NCBI GenBank assembly: GCA_965277805.1
Contig: OZ255842.1
Coordinates: forward strand, 224,001 to 288,000
Source: Candidatus Lustribacter sp.
Lineage (GTDB): Bacteria > Vulcanimicrobiota > Vulcanimicrobiia > Vulcanimicrobiales > Vulcanimicrobiaceae
DNA length: 64,000 nt
Direction of reading: 5' to 3'
Positions 18,428 to 27,770 of the stretch are shown one piece after another (positions within the stretch are counted from its first letter, which is position 1; each line of letters begins with the position of its first letter). Below the pieces are notes generated by a model that saw only the letters and a list, made by a program, of their open reading frames with translations, was not told the DNA's origin and did not search any database. A program made the position numbers and the translations under genes.

Positions 18428-19852
18428 TTACGCGCGCTTCTGAATAGCGAGGGCGGCCGCCGTCGCTTCGGCGGCGACCTGGGCGGCGTTGATGGCCGTC
18501 AGCTTTCCGTGACGTTTGAGGATGCGTCCGTCGACGATCACGGTGTCGACGTTCGCCGGTTCGACCGCTTCCACGATCGTGTGTTCGACGTCGAGCGTCG
18601 GCGCATCGTTGATCGCGCGCGTATCGATCATGATGAGGTCGGCCCGCTTGCCGGGCTTGAGAGAGCCGATCTTATCGTCGATCTGCATCGAGCGCGCGCC
18701 TTCGATCGTCGCGATCTCGATGATCTTGCGCGGCGTGATCTGGAACTCGTTCTGCGTGCGCCCGTCCTCGAGATTCTCGACGACCTTCATGATTCCGAAC
18801 ATGTCGGCGTTCCCCGACAGCGCCGTCGTATCGACCGAGAATCCGACCGTGAGGCTGCCGGCGATGAACGCCCCGACGTTCGAGACGCCGAAGCCGACGC
18901 GCAGTTCGGTGAACGGCGAGACGCTCACCGGCGAGCCGCTCGCTGCCAAGAGCGCGATGTCGCTCGCGGGCGCATCGGTCGCGTGCACGACCTGCACGTC
19001 TTTGCCGAGCATGTTGCCGGCTGCGAGTTTCGAGATCTGATCTTTATTGCGCGGCGTAGAGTGAATTGTAAGCGGAAGGCCCAGCCGGCGCGCGGTTTGG
19101 AATTCGTTCGTCGTGATGGACGTGTCCATCGTGTTGTTCGATGCCGCGATCCCGCGCCAGGCAACGCCGAGCGAAAGCAATCCTTCGGCGGAGTAGGTTT
19201 TCCAATCGCTGTTCAGTGCCGCGAGGTCGGTCAGGTTCATCGATTCGGTGGGCGGCTGCCCTTGGTAGTAGCCGTACGAGAAGCGTCCGCGAATCCCGAC
19301 CTCATGGAGAGCGCGAATGTCGGCGCGCGCATCGGCCGGCACTTTCACGTTGTGGCACCAGTCGTGCACGTGCGTGATCCCCGAGTAGAGCGCCTCGACC
19401 GCCGAAAGCCGCGCGCCTTGATACATGTCGCCCGGCGTCATGACCTTGCCCCACTTCACGATCATCGGAAAGTAGCCGACCGGGGCGGAGTTTCCGGACA
19501 GGCTGCGCGCGAGTGAATTCCACATGTGGAAGTGCGTCTCGACCAGCCCCGGCATGACGATCATCCCGTGCCCGTCGATCACTGTTGCGCCGGGTGCGGA
19601 AAGCGCGCGGCCGACCGCGACGATCTGGCCGTTGCGGACGTGGACGTCGCCGGCGGGCACGTCGCCGATCACCGGATCCATCGAGAGCACGTACGCTCCG
19701 CGAATGACGAAATCGGTGCGCGGCGGAAGCGGTCCGACCGCGGGCAACTTGGCTGCCGATTGCGTTTGGGCCGATGCTGCACCGCCGACGAGCGCGCCGG
19801 CGCCTGCGGCACCGGCAAGTTCGATCAGCCGGCGGCGGCTCAGCAGCTTCAT
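18428..19852 (-). CDS. Tat-exported amidohydrolase/deaminase (SsnA/AtzA/MtaD-like)
   Basis: SRRRLIEL Tat leader; VMPGLVETHFH, ATIEGAR, GSLKPGKRADL, VDTVIVDGRILK. Confidence 0.88.
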   Translation of the reverse strand: MKLLSRRRLIELAGAAGAGALVGGAASAQTQSAAKLPAVGPLPPRTDFVIRGAYVLSMDPVIGDVPAGDVHVRNGQIVAVGRALSAPGATVIDGHGMIVMPGLVETHFHMWNSLARSLSGNSAPVGYFPMIVKWGKVMTPGDMYQGARLSAVEALYSGITHVHDWCHNVKVPADARADIRALHEVGIRGRFSYGYYQGQPPTESMNLTDLAALNSDWKTYSAEGLLSLGVAWRGIAASNNTMDTSITTNEFQTARRLGLPLTIHSTPRNKDQISKLAAGNMLGKDVQVVHATDAPASDIALLAASGSPVSVSPFTELRVGFGVSNVGAFIAGSLTVGFSVDTTALSGNADMFGIMKVVENLEDGRTQNEFQITPRKIIEIATIEGARSMQIDDKIGSLKPGKRADLIMIDTRAINDAPTLDVEHTIVEAVEPANVDTVIVDGRILKRHGKLTAINAAQVAAEATAAALAIQKRA

Positions 19853-21096
19853 GCGTTAACGCGCTCGAGCATCTGCTGCCACGGCATGTCTTTGGGGATC
19901 ACGCCTTGCGCGCTACGGATTGACGTGTAGTCGGTCGAGCTATCGAGCCCGGGCGGCGTACCGCCGGTCTGGAACGTCTTCACCGCTTCCGACATGCGGC
20001 GCCGCATCCGGATGATCGCGATGTCGGACTGCCCGAGATGCTCTTGCGTGCGATCGGAAATCGCGCCCATCGACTCCACCGCTGCCGTGTCCTGATTCTG
20101 GAAGCCGGCGATTCCGGTGTAGCTGCCGTTCTTCATCGCCGCGCGATCTTGGTTCCAGCGCTGCTTGCGGCCGCCGCGGAAGAACCAATCCTCATCGAGG
20201 TCGACCCCCGGTTCCACTTTGAGCCGCTTGCGCAGCGCGACCGGATCGACCGGCGTACCGTTCTGACTGTGATAGATGTCGAAGAGCATCGTGTTCTCGT
20301 CGTCCATCGGCACGAAGATCGAGGTGTGTGCCGGCAGATTCGGGTCGAGCGGGGGCGGGATCGACGAACTCGACGGCACGTTGAAGATCGTCACGCGCGC
20401 GTACTTGGTCGTTTCGGGATCGACGTTCGGGACGCGGATTGCGGCATAACGGAAGCCGTACGGCGTGTCTTCGGCCTCGAGACGCGGCGAGGCATCGCTC
20501 GATACTTCGAAGCGCTTGTCCCAATCGCGCGAGCTGCCGCTGTGCAGATACCACGAATGCGCCGAGTCGATCGCGCCTTCGACGGCTTGCAAGTAATTGG
20601 AGCGGTAGCCGGATTTCGCGACGCCGACTTGGTTGGCCGGATAAGCGGTCCACGGAAAAGACGGGAACGGCGGCTCGTGCTCGCGCGGCCCGAGATAGGC
20701 CCACACCATGCCGGCAACTTCACGCGTTGGATAGGCGACCGCTTTGAGGCGCTCTTTGTAGCCGCGGTCGTCGGGCTCCGTCGGCATGTCCATGCAGTTG
20801 CCGTCCACGTCGAACTTCCAGCCGTGATAGACGCACCGGATGCCGCACTCTTCGTTCCGTCCGAGCACGAACGACGAGAGGCGATGCGGACAGCCCGCGT
20901 TCAGCACGCCCACGCGTCCGTTGGTGTCGCGGAAGGCCACGAGCTCGAGCCCGGTAACGCGCACCGCGGCCGGCGCGCCGTCAGGTTCGAGCTCTTCGCT
21001 CAGCACCATCGGTAGCCAATAACGGCGGAACATCTGCCCCATTGGAGCGTTGCCCTCGACCCGGGTGAGCAGTTCGTTCTCGGCCTGTGACAGCAT
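19849..21096 (-). CDS. Rieske oxygenase alpha subunit (phthalate 4,5-dioxygenase/CbaA-like)
   Basis: MLSQAENELLTRV, CPHRLSS...CVYHGW, NYLQAVEGAIDSAHSWYLH, QDTAAVESMG, EHLGQSD. Confidence 0.93.
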   Translation of the reverse strand: MLSQAENELLTRVEGNAPMGQMFRRYWLPMVLSEELEPDGAPAAVRVTGLELVAFRDTNGRVGVLNAGCPHRLSSFVLGRNEECGIRCVYHGWKFDVDGNCMDMPTEPDDRGYKERLKAVAYPTREVAGMVWAYLGPREHEPPFPSFPWTAYPANQVGVAKSGYRSNYLQAVEGAIDSAHSWYLHSGSSRDWDKRFEVSSDASPRLEAEDTPYGFRYAAIRVPNVDPETTKYARVTIFNVPSSSSIPPPLDPNLPAHTSIFVPMDDENTMLFDIYHSQNGTPVDPVALRKRLKVEPGVDLDEDWFFRGGRKQRWNQDRAAMKNGSYTGIAGFQNQDTAAVESMGAISDRTQEHLGQSDIAIIRMRRRMSEAVKTFQTGGTPPGLDSSTDYTSIRSAQGVIPKDMPWQQMLERVNA

Positions 21097-21121
21097 GCTG
21101 GATCTCCTCGATGAATAGCAA

Positions 21122-21136
21122 GGAATAGGTTATTCC
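21122..21136. promoter_or_regulatory. Inverted repeat in a divergent promoter region; possible operator
   Basis: GGAATA-ggt-TATTCC, perfect 6-bp arms, AT-rich, between the divergent Rieske and SBP genes. Confidence 0.45.
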
Positions 21137-21154
21137 ATCGGGCACTACGGAGCA

Positions 21155-22102
21155 ATGACCTCTCGGCGTACATTTCTCGGCGGTGCGGCCGCTAGTACTG
21201 CTCTGCTGGCACCCGCGCGTTCCCGTGCCCAGGCCCTCACGACGGTCCGCTGCGGTTCGGTGCCCGTTGACGGCTACGGGCAGCCGTACTACGGCTACGC
21301 GGCAGGGATCTTCCGCGACGCCGGGATCGATCTGCAGGTCGTCGATCTCGCCAACTCCGGTGCCATCGCAGCAGCGATCACGGGCGGTTCACTCGACATC
21401 GGCCTCGGCAGCCCGAGCCAGATCGCGGGTGCGAAAGAGAAGGGCCTGCCGTTTACGTTTTTCGCGCCCGGCGCCGTCTATACGGCCGACGCGCCGTCGT
21501 CGCTGTTGATGGTACTGAAAACCTCGCCCATTCAGACGGCGCGCGACCTGATCGGCAAGACGGTCGGCGTCGATAACCTCACGAGCTTCACGCAATTCGC
21601 GACGCTCGAGTGGCTCAAAAAGAACAACGTCGATCCCAGTACCGTCAAATTCGTCGAGATGCCGTTCTCATCGATGCCGAGCGCGCTCGATGCCGGGCGC
21701 CTCGATGCCGCGCTGATCTCGGAACCGGCCAAGAGCGCGGCCCGCGCGACGGCCCGCGTCGTCGCCGACACGAACGCCGCGATCGCGCCGCAGTGGTTCA
21801 TCTCCGTCTGGTTCACGACCGAGTCGTGGATGACGGCAAATCTGGCGCTCGCGCATCGGCTCGCTCGTGCCGTCGTGCAAACCTCGATTTGGGCGAACGC
21901 GCACCACGCCGAAACGGCGGCGACGCTCGAGCGGGCAACGAAAATGCCGCACGAGATCATTCTCGGCATGCAGCGTGCGCGTTTCGGCACGAAGCTCGAC
22001 GCCGCGCTGGTCGACCCGCTGATCCAGGTGGCCGCCAAGAACAACATGATTTCCGCCGTGATTCCGGGGCGCACGCTGATCTATCCCGGATTCGCGAGTT
22101 AA
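21155..22102 (+). CDS. ABC substrate-binding protein, SsuA/TauA/THI5 family (Tat)
   Basis: SRRTFLGG Tat motif; GSLDIG, DLIGKTVGV, FVEMPFSSMPSALDAGRLDA. Confidence 0.9.
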   Translation: MTSRRTFLGGAAASTALLAPARSRAQALTTVRCGSVPVDGYGQPYYGYAAGIFRDAGIDLQVVDLANSGAIAAAITGGSLDIGLGSPSQIAGAKEKGLPFTFFAPGAVYTADAPSSLLMVLKTSPIQTARDLIGKTVGVDNLTSFTQFATLEWLKKNNVDPSTVKFVEMPFSSMPSALDAGRLDAALISEPAKSAARATARVVADTNAAIAPQWFISVWFTTESWMTANLALAHRLARAVVQTSIWANAHHAETAATLERATKMPHEIILGMQRARFGTKLDAALVDPLIQVAAKNNMISAVIPGRTLIYPGFAS

Positions 22103-22105
22103 AGC

Positions 22106-23050
22106 GTGACCACACGTCGCGATCTCATCGCTGCTGCGGCGCTCTTCCCACTGGCGGTTGCCGCGTTGCCGGCTCGTGCCCAGAGCGCGCCGCTGCGCGT
22201 CGGCGTCGTGCCCACCGACACTTACGCGCAGGCGAACTTCGGCGTCCAAGCGGGGATCTTTCAGCAGAACGGCCTCGCGCTCGAGGTTACGGTGTTGGCG
22301 AATGCCGGCACCGTCGGCGCTGCGGTTGCGAGCGGTGCGCTCGATATCGGTTGCGGGTCGGTCGGCCAGATCGCTGCCGCGCGCGAGAACGGTGTGCCGT
22401 TTTATTTGATCGCGCCGGGGGCGCTGTTCAACGCGAAGGCACCGCCGGCCGAGTTGCGCGTCGCAACGTCGTCGACGCTGAAGACCGCGCGCGACCTCAA
22501 CGGAAAAAACGTCGGCATCGATAATTTGCGCGGGTTGCCGCAGATCTCAGTCGACACGTGGGTGCAGAAGAACGGCGGCGATGCATCGAGCCTGAAATAC
22601 CTCGAAGTCCCGTTTCCGGCGATGGCCGCGGCCCTGCAAGCCGGCCGCGTCGATGCGGCCGTGATCGCTGAACCGGCATTGACGGCAGCCCGCAACTCAA
22701 CGCGCCTGCTCGCCAACACGCTCGAGGCGATCGCGCCGTCGTTCTTCATCAGCGTCTGGTTTTCGACGAAGCCGTGGATCGCTCAAAACACCGCGCTCGC
22801 GCACCGCTTCGCCGCCGCCATCGGCCAAAGTGCGGTCTGGGCGAATGCGCATCACGCCCAATCGGCGCCGACCCTCGTCGCGATGACCAAGATATCGCCC
22901 GAGGTCGCGGCAACGATGAACCGGGCCTACTTCGGGACCAACCTCCGGGCGAATCTCCTCGACCCGATCTTGATGGTGAGCCAACGGGCCGGCGTCACCA
23001 AAACGACCGTTCCCGGCTCGTCGCTGATCTACGACGGTTTCGCAAGCTAG
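22106..23050 (+). CDS. ABC substrate-binding protein, SsuA/TauA/THI5 family (Tat); tandem paralogue
   Basis: TRRDLI leader; same motifs and C-terminus (LIYxGFAS) as the upstream gene. Confidence 0.9.
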   Translation: MTTRRDLIAAAALFPLAVAALPARAQSAPLRVGVVPTDTYAQANFGVQAGIFQQNGLALEVTVLANAGTVGAAVASGALDIGCGSVGQIAAARENGVPFYLIAPGALFNAKAPPAELRVATSSTLKTARDLNGKNVGIDNLRGLPQISVDTWVQKNGGDASSLKYLEVPFPAMAAALQAGRVDAAVIAEPALTAARNSTRLLANTLEAIAPSFFISVWFSTKPWIAQNTALAHRFAAAIGQSAVWANAHHAQSAPTLVAMTKISPEVAATMNRAYFGTNLRANLLDPILMVSQRAGVTKTTVPGSSLIYDGFAS

Positions 23051-23096
23051 CAGGCGCGTTTGGCAGCCCCGGCCGCTGCGGTATGAGGTAGCGACC

Positions 23097-23312
23097 ATGC
23101 AACCTGCGACGAACGACCTCGATACGATCACCGTGCAGCTCGCGCGACCATTGGCGCGGCGTCTGCTAACCGCAATCGAAATGCTTAGCCAAAGTACGAC
23201 CGCGGAGCGCCCCGAGTTCGATGCATTACGCGAAGCGATCAAGAGCGGCTTCGAACGCGCCATCGCCCCCGAAACCAACGACCGCGAACCCATCGAACGC
23301 GAACTGATCTAA
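23097..23312 (+). CDS. Small hypothetical protein
   Basis: 71 aa, GAGG RBS, fills the gap, stop overlaps the convergent gene by 4 nt. Confidence 0.55.
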   Translation: MQPATNDLDTITVQLARPLARRLLTAIEMLSQSTTAERPEFDALREAIKSGFERAIAPETNDREPIERELI

Positions 23313-24280
23313 GCGAGAATTTTTTGCGCCGTCTCGCCGAGGATCATGCGTTTTTGCGCTTCGGTGAGGTCGGCGCAGCGGTTGATGAAGCCGACCGGAT
23401 CGGTTTCGCCGACCGCGTAATCCGAGCCGAGGGTTAGGCGTTCCGGCCCGAGGATCTTCAGTACTGACGTGAGGACGCCCGGGTCGTACACGCAGGTGTC
23501 GTAGAAGAAGCTCTTGAGATATTCGCTCGGCAAGCGCGACATGTTCTTCATGTTGCCGGGCATGTTCTTCGCATTCTTGTCGAGCCGGCCCACGTAGTGC
23601 GGGAAATAACCGCCAGCATGCGTCACGACGATCTTCAAGCGCGGAAAACGATCGAGCATGCCGTCGAAGATCATCGATGCGAGGAACTTTGCCTCTTCGA
23701 ACGAGACGCCGAGCGAGTTCCAGAAACCGTAGCGCTGGAACCAGTCGCATTTCGGGCCTTCCGGATGCATGAAAACGGCGACGTCGCGATCTTGGACCGC
23801 TTCCCAGAACGGCGCCCATGCCGGATCGCCCATATAGCTGCCGCGCACGTTCGAAGAAAGGTTCACCACGCCCAGTCCGAGATCGTCGACGGCCCGCGTA
23901 AACTCTTTGAGCGCCAGATCGAGATCTTGCAGCGGCAGCACGAAGCTGCCGATGATGCGGTTCGGATAGCGTGTCGCCCAGTCGGCAGCGACGTCGTTGA
24001 GGCGGCGGGTGAAGCCGTTCTCGACGGCGGGCTCCGCCCACGACGTCGGCGAGAGAACGGTCGTCGACGAAAGCACCATCTTTGTGATGCCCATGCGGTC
24101 CATGTCTTCGATGATGCGTTCGGGGTCTTGCATGTTGGCGAAATTGCGCACGATTCCAGGCGAAGCCGGATGCGCGCCGAAGCCGGTCGCCGGCGAGTGT
24201 TGATGGCACTGGTCGAGAACGTCCCCGACCATGTAGTGCGCGTGGAAGTCGATGACCGGTGAAGGTTCGGCGTTGTCCAT
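23309..24280 (-). CDS. Amidohydrolase_2 family decarboxylase/hydratase (ACMSD-like)
   Basis: IDFHAHY, VFMHP, LDRFPRLKIVVTHAGGYFP, FFYDT, LGSDY. Confidence 0.88.
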   Translation of the reverse strand: MDNAEPSPVIDFHAHYMVGDVLDQCHQHSPATGFGAHPASPGIVRNFANMQDPERIIEDMDRMGITKMVLSSTTVLSPTSWAEPAVENGFTRRLNDVAADWATRYPNRIIGSFVLPLQDLDLALKEFTRAVDDLGLGVVNLSSNVRGSYMGDPAWAPFWEAVQDRDVAVFMHPEGPKCDWFQRYGFWNSLGVSFEEAKFLASMIFDGMLDRFPRLKIVVTHAGGYFPHYVGRLDKNAKNMPGNMKNMSRLPSEYLKSFFYDTCVYDPGVLTSVLKILGPERLTLGSDYAVGETDPVGFINRCADLTEAQKRMILGETAQKILA

Positions 24281-24336
24281 GACCGCGCGTTTCGACGATA
24301 ATCGACACGTTACCGTTTGTCTGGAGTACGAGAAGA

Positions 24337-24864
24337 GTGCACGAATCCGAAAGAACCCGCGAACGCGAACGCGAACGTCCGCCGCTCAGTTCCTACGAGC
24401 TGGCGATCGCGCACGACAAAGAGTTCGCCGAGCGCCAGAACCTTGGGCGGGTCGTGATTCGCGAAGAAGATTGTCCGCAGCAGATGACGCGCCAAGGTCT
24501 GCTGCGCTTTTACCTGAGCCCGTTCGTCGTGCACGACACGCCGCTGCAGGATTGGTCCGTGTTCACCCACGAGATCCGCACGAAATCGGGCAAGCACCGC
24601 CATCAAGGCGGGATCATCATCTACGTCGTTGCGGGCAAGGGCCATTCAGTGGTCGACGGCGAGCGGATCAACTGGAAGAAGGGCGACCTCGTGCTGTTGC
24701 CGTTGCGGCCGAACGGGGTCGAGCACCAGCACTTCAACGACGATCCGGACAAGCCGTCGACGTGGATGGCGTTCGTGCACTTCCCGCTGCGCGACTACGT
24801 AGCTTCAGAACTCACGCAGTTGGAAGTCTCCGCCGACTACGCCGCGCAGGAGGCCGGCCGGTGA
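24337..24864 (+). CDS. Cupin domain protein (gentisate-dioxygenase-like half) with metal ligands
   Basis: SGKHRHQGGIIIYVVAGKGHSVVDG, WKKGDLVLLP, VEHQHFN. Confidence 0.85.
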   Translation: MHESERTRERERERPPLSSYELAIAHDKEFAERQNLGRVVIREEDCPQQMTRQGLLRFYLSPFVVHDTPLQDWSVFTHEIRTKSGKHRHQGGIIIYVVAGKGHSVVDGERINWKKGDLVLLPLRPNGVEHQHFNDDPDKPSTWMAFVHFPLRDYVASELTQLEVSADYAAQEAGR

Positions 24865-25382
24865 GCGATCGCAAGGAACGCCTGGCGCAGTCGAACTTCT
24901 GGGATAACATCCTGGCCCTGCGCGACGAACAGCGCGAGAACCGCAAGAGCGGCATCCAGGTGATCGAAGAATCGGAGCTCCCGCTCGAAGTCAACCGTCA
25001 GGGCTTGATGCGCTGGTATCTGCATCCGGACATCAAAGACACGCTGCTCACGACGCATCTGTTCTTTTCTCAGGAGATCCCGCCCGGTAGCCGCTCGGGC
25101 CGGCTGAAGTTCCAAGGCGAACAGGTGATGTTTATCGTGGAGGGCAGCGGCTATACGCTGCTCGACGGCGTGAAGCATCCGTGGAAGGCCGGCGACGTGC
25201 TCAATTTGCCGTTGCGAAAGCCGGGCATCATCGTTCAGCACTTCAACACGGATACTGAGACGACGGCGAAGTTCATCGCGGTCGAGCCGAACTTTCTCGC
25301 CTGCGCGAGCGTCGATCGCGGCAGCGGGTTCGAACAGCTGGAGGATGCGCCGGAGTACGTGCGGACGAAACAGTCCCCATGA
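24861..25382 (+). CDS. Cupin domain protein, paralogue lacking the motif-1 histidines
   Basis: GTG 24861 (GTGA overlap); SGRLKFQGEQVMFIVEGSGYTLLDG, WKAGDVLNLP, VQHFN. Confidence 0.85.
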   Translation: MSDRKERLAQSNFWDNILALRDEQRENRKSGIQVIEESELPLEVNRQGLMRWYLHPDIKDTLLTTHLFFSQEIPPGSRSGRLKFQGEQVMFIVEGSGYTLLDGVKHPWKAGDVLNLPLRKPGIIVQHFNTDTETTAKFIAVEPNFLACASVDRGSGFEQLEDAPEYVRTKQSP

Positions 25383-26548
25383 CGCTTCTGGAAAGCGCCC
25401 GGCTTCTCGTGCCGCGGCTCATCGAGCGCGGCCCGGCCGGCGACGGCGAGCGCCGCATCCCGGATGACACGATCGCCGAGATGAAGGACGCGGGACTCTT
25501 CCGCGCGCTGCAGCCCAAGCGCTGGGGCGGTCACGAGACGGGGTTGCAGACGTTCTACGATGCGCTGATCACGCTCGCGGAGGGCGACATGTCGACCGCG
25601 TGGGTGTACGGCGTGCTCGGCGTTGCGCCGTGGGTCGTCGCATTGCTCGACGATCGCGCGGCAGCCGACGTGTGGTCGGACGATCCATCGACGCTGGTCG
25701 GCCTCTCGTTAGCGCCGGCCGGCGAGGCCACGCCGGTCGACGGCGGTGTGCGCATCAGCGGCCGCTGGCGCTTCGCGAGCGGCTCGGCGCACTGCGATTG
25801 GGCCTTTCTCGGCACGGTCGTGCGGCCCGAGGGCGCGCCGGCAAACGCGCCGCGCGCCGGTTGGACGATTCTGCTGGTGCCGAAATCCGACTACCGGATC
25901 GACGACGTGTGGTACACGTTCGGACTCAAGGGAACGGGCAGCAACGACATCGTCGTGGCCGACGCGTTCGTTCCGCACCATCGCATGCGACGGATGGAGC
26001 AGAACCTCACCTGCACCGGTCCGGGCCAAGCCGTCAACAGCGCGCCGCTCTACCGGCTGCCCTTCGGTCAGGTCTTCGGCGGCGGCGTCGCCTATGGGCC
26101 GATCGGCGGATTGCGCGGGATGCTGGATGAGTTTCTTGCCTACGCGCAAGCGCGGGTGCGCTCCGGCGGGCGCGCGACGGTCATGGATCCCGACGCGCAG
26201 CTCGTCGCGGGCGAAGCGGACAATGCGATCGACGAGCTCACCGCGATCGTCCATCGCAACGTCGCCAACCTCACCGCGTATGCGGAGCGCGGCATGGTCC
26301 CGCCGGATCACGAACGCATGAAGTACAAGTTTCAAATGGCGAACGTATCCGAGCGCTGCCGCGCACTCGGCGCGCGGATTCTGCAAGCTGCCGGCGCTTC
26401 CGGCATCGCGACGCAACATCGCTTCGGGCGGACGTTCGCCGATCTGACGTCGGCGCGCCAGCACATCACGAATCAGTACGAAATGCACGGCCGGCACTGG
26501 GGCGCGCATCTGTTCGGCGAAACGATGCCGCCGGACCTCATGCAATGA
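25379..26548 (+). CDS. Two-component flavin-dependent monooxygenase, oxygenase subunit (HsaA-like, acyl-CoA dehydrogenase fold)
   Basis: AGLFRALQPKRWGG, SGRWRFASGSAHCDW, WYTFGLKGTGSNDIVV, PLYRLPF. Confidence 0.9.
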   Translation: MTLLESARLLVPRLIERGPAGDGERRIPDDTIAEMKDAGLFRALQPKRWGGHETGLQTFYDALITLAEGDMSTAWVYGVLGVAPWVVALLDDRAAADVWSDDPSTLVGLSLAPAGEATPVDGGVRISGRWRFASGSAHCDWAFLGTVVRPEGAPANAPRAGWTILLVPKSDYRIDDVWYTFGLKGTGSNDIVVADAFVPHHRMRRMEQNLTCTGPGQAVNSAPLYRLPFGQVFGGGVAYGPIGGLRGMLDEFLAYAQARVRSGGRATVMDPDAQLVAGEADNAIDELTAIVHRNVANLTAYAERGMVPPDHERMKYKFQMANVSERCRALGARILQAAGASGIATQHRFGRTFADLTSARQHITNQYEMHGRHWGAHLFGETMPPDLMQ

Positions 26549-26552
26549 CGAG

Positions 26553-27770
26553 ATGAGCATGTTCGACGTCGGCGGCGTTCTGCTCGAGCGCCCGTTCAAG
26601 ATTCGCCGCTTGGGTCACTTCGGGTTGAACGCGACCCGAATGGACGAGTGCTTGCGCTTTTACACCGAAGAGCTGGGCTATCGCATCTCCGATGCGCTCG
26701 ACTTCGGCGCGCATGCCGAGCACCCCGAAGCGATCGCCGGACTCGGCGATTCGAACGGTTATTTCATGCGCCACGGGACGGACCATCATAGCTTCGTGAT
26801 CTTCAACAAACGCGTGCGTGAGGCGATGTCGCCCGGACGCGTTTTTCCGCCCGGCGTCGTCGTGAATCAGATTTCCTGGCAGGTCGGCAGCCTCGCCGAA
26901 GTGGTGAACGGCAGCGCGTGGCTCGCCGGAAAGGGCACGCGGATCATCCGCAGCGGCCGCGATATGCCCGGTGCGAACTGGCACACATACTTCCCCGACC
27001 CCGACCGTCACACGAACGAACTCTACTACGGCATGGACCAGATCGGCTGGGACGCCCGCAGCAAGCCGCAAACGATGTGGGATCGCGGGTTCGAACAGCG
27101 TCCCGATCTTCCGCAAATGTCGGAAGAAGATGAAGTTCGCGTTGCCGGGGAGCGCGGCGACGATCTGCTGTCCGGCTCCGCGCGGCGCGACGCGTTGGCC
27201 GGCGCAGCGTTCGACGTCGACGGCATCATGCTGCCGCGGCCGTTCAAGGTCATCAACGGCGGGCCGCTCAGCTTGTTCTCGGCCGATGTTGCCGCCGGTA
27301 TTCGCTTCTACACGGACGATCTGGGGCTGCGGCTCTCCGAAGAAATCGTGTGGAACGGACACCGTTGCGCGTTCTTGCGCGCAAATACCGAACATCACTC
27401 GATCGCTCTCTACCCGATCGAGCTACGCGAAACGCTCGGCATGCGGGCCGATTCGACGACGCTTGCGGTCGGCGTACAAGTCGGCTCGTACCGTCAGTTG
27501 CGAGACGCGCGCGCGTTCCTGGCCGAACGCGGCGCGGCGTTCGTCAATCTGCCGGCCGAACTGCATCCCGGCATCGACTACGCCTTTCACGTCCTCGATC
27601 CGGACGGTCAAGCCGTGCAGGTCTACTTCTCGATGGAACAGGTCGGTTGGGACGGGCGCACGCGCCCGGCGTCGATGCGCCCGAACCCGCAACCGGATGG
27701 GTGGCCCGATGCGTTGGCCGGTGAGCCCGACGTCTACGGCGGCGAAACGCTCCTCGGCCCGCTCGGGTAA
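26553..27770 (+). CDS. Two-domain VOC protein, putative extradiol ring-cleavage dioxygenase
   Basis: Internal duplication (RPFKIRRLGH/RPFKVINGGP; YGMDQIGWD/FSMEQVGWD); RHGTDHHS, GRDMPGANWHTYFPDPD. Confidence 0.8.
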   Translation: MSMFDVGGVLLERPFKIRRLGHFGLNATRMDECLRFYTEELGYRISDALDFGAHAEHPEAIAGLGDSNGYFMRHGTDHHSFVIFNKRVREAMSPGRVFPPGVVVNQISWQVGSLAEVVNGSAWLAGKGTRIIRSGRDMPGANWHTYFPDPDRHTNELYYGMDQIGWDARSKPQTMWDRGFEQRPDLPQMSEEDEVRVAGERGDDLLSGSARRDALAGAAFDVDGIMLPRPFKVINGGPLSLFSADVAAGIRFYTDDLGLRLSEEIVWNGHRCAFLRANTEHHSIALYPIELRETLGMRADSTTLAVGVQVGSYRQLRDARAFLAERGAAFVNLPAELHPGIDYAFHVLDPDGQAVQVYFSMEQVGWDGRTRPASMRPNPQPDGWPDALAGEPDVYGGETLLGPLG

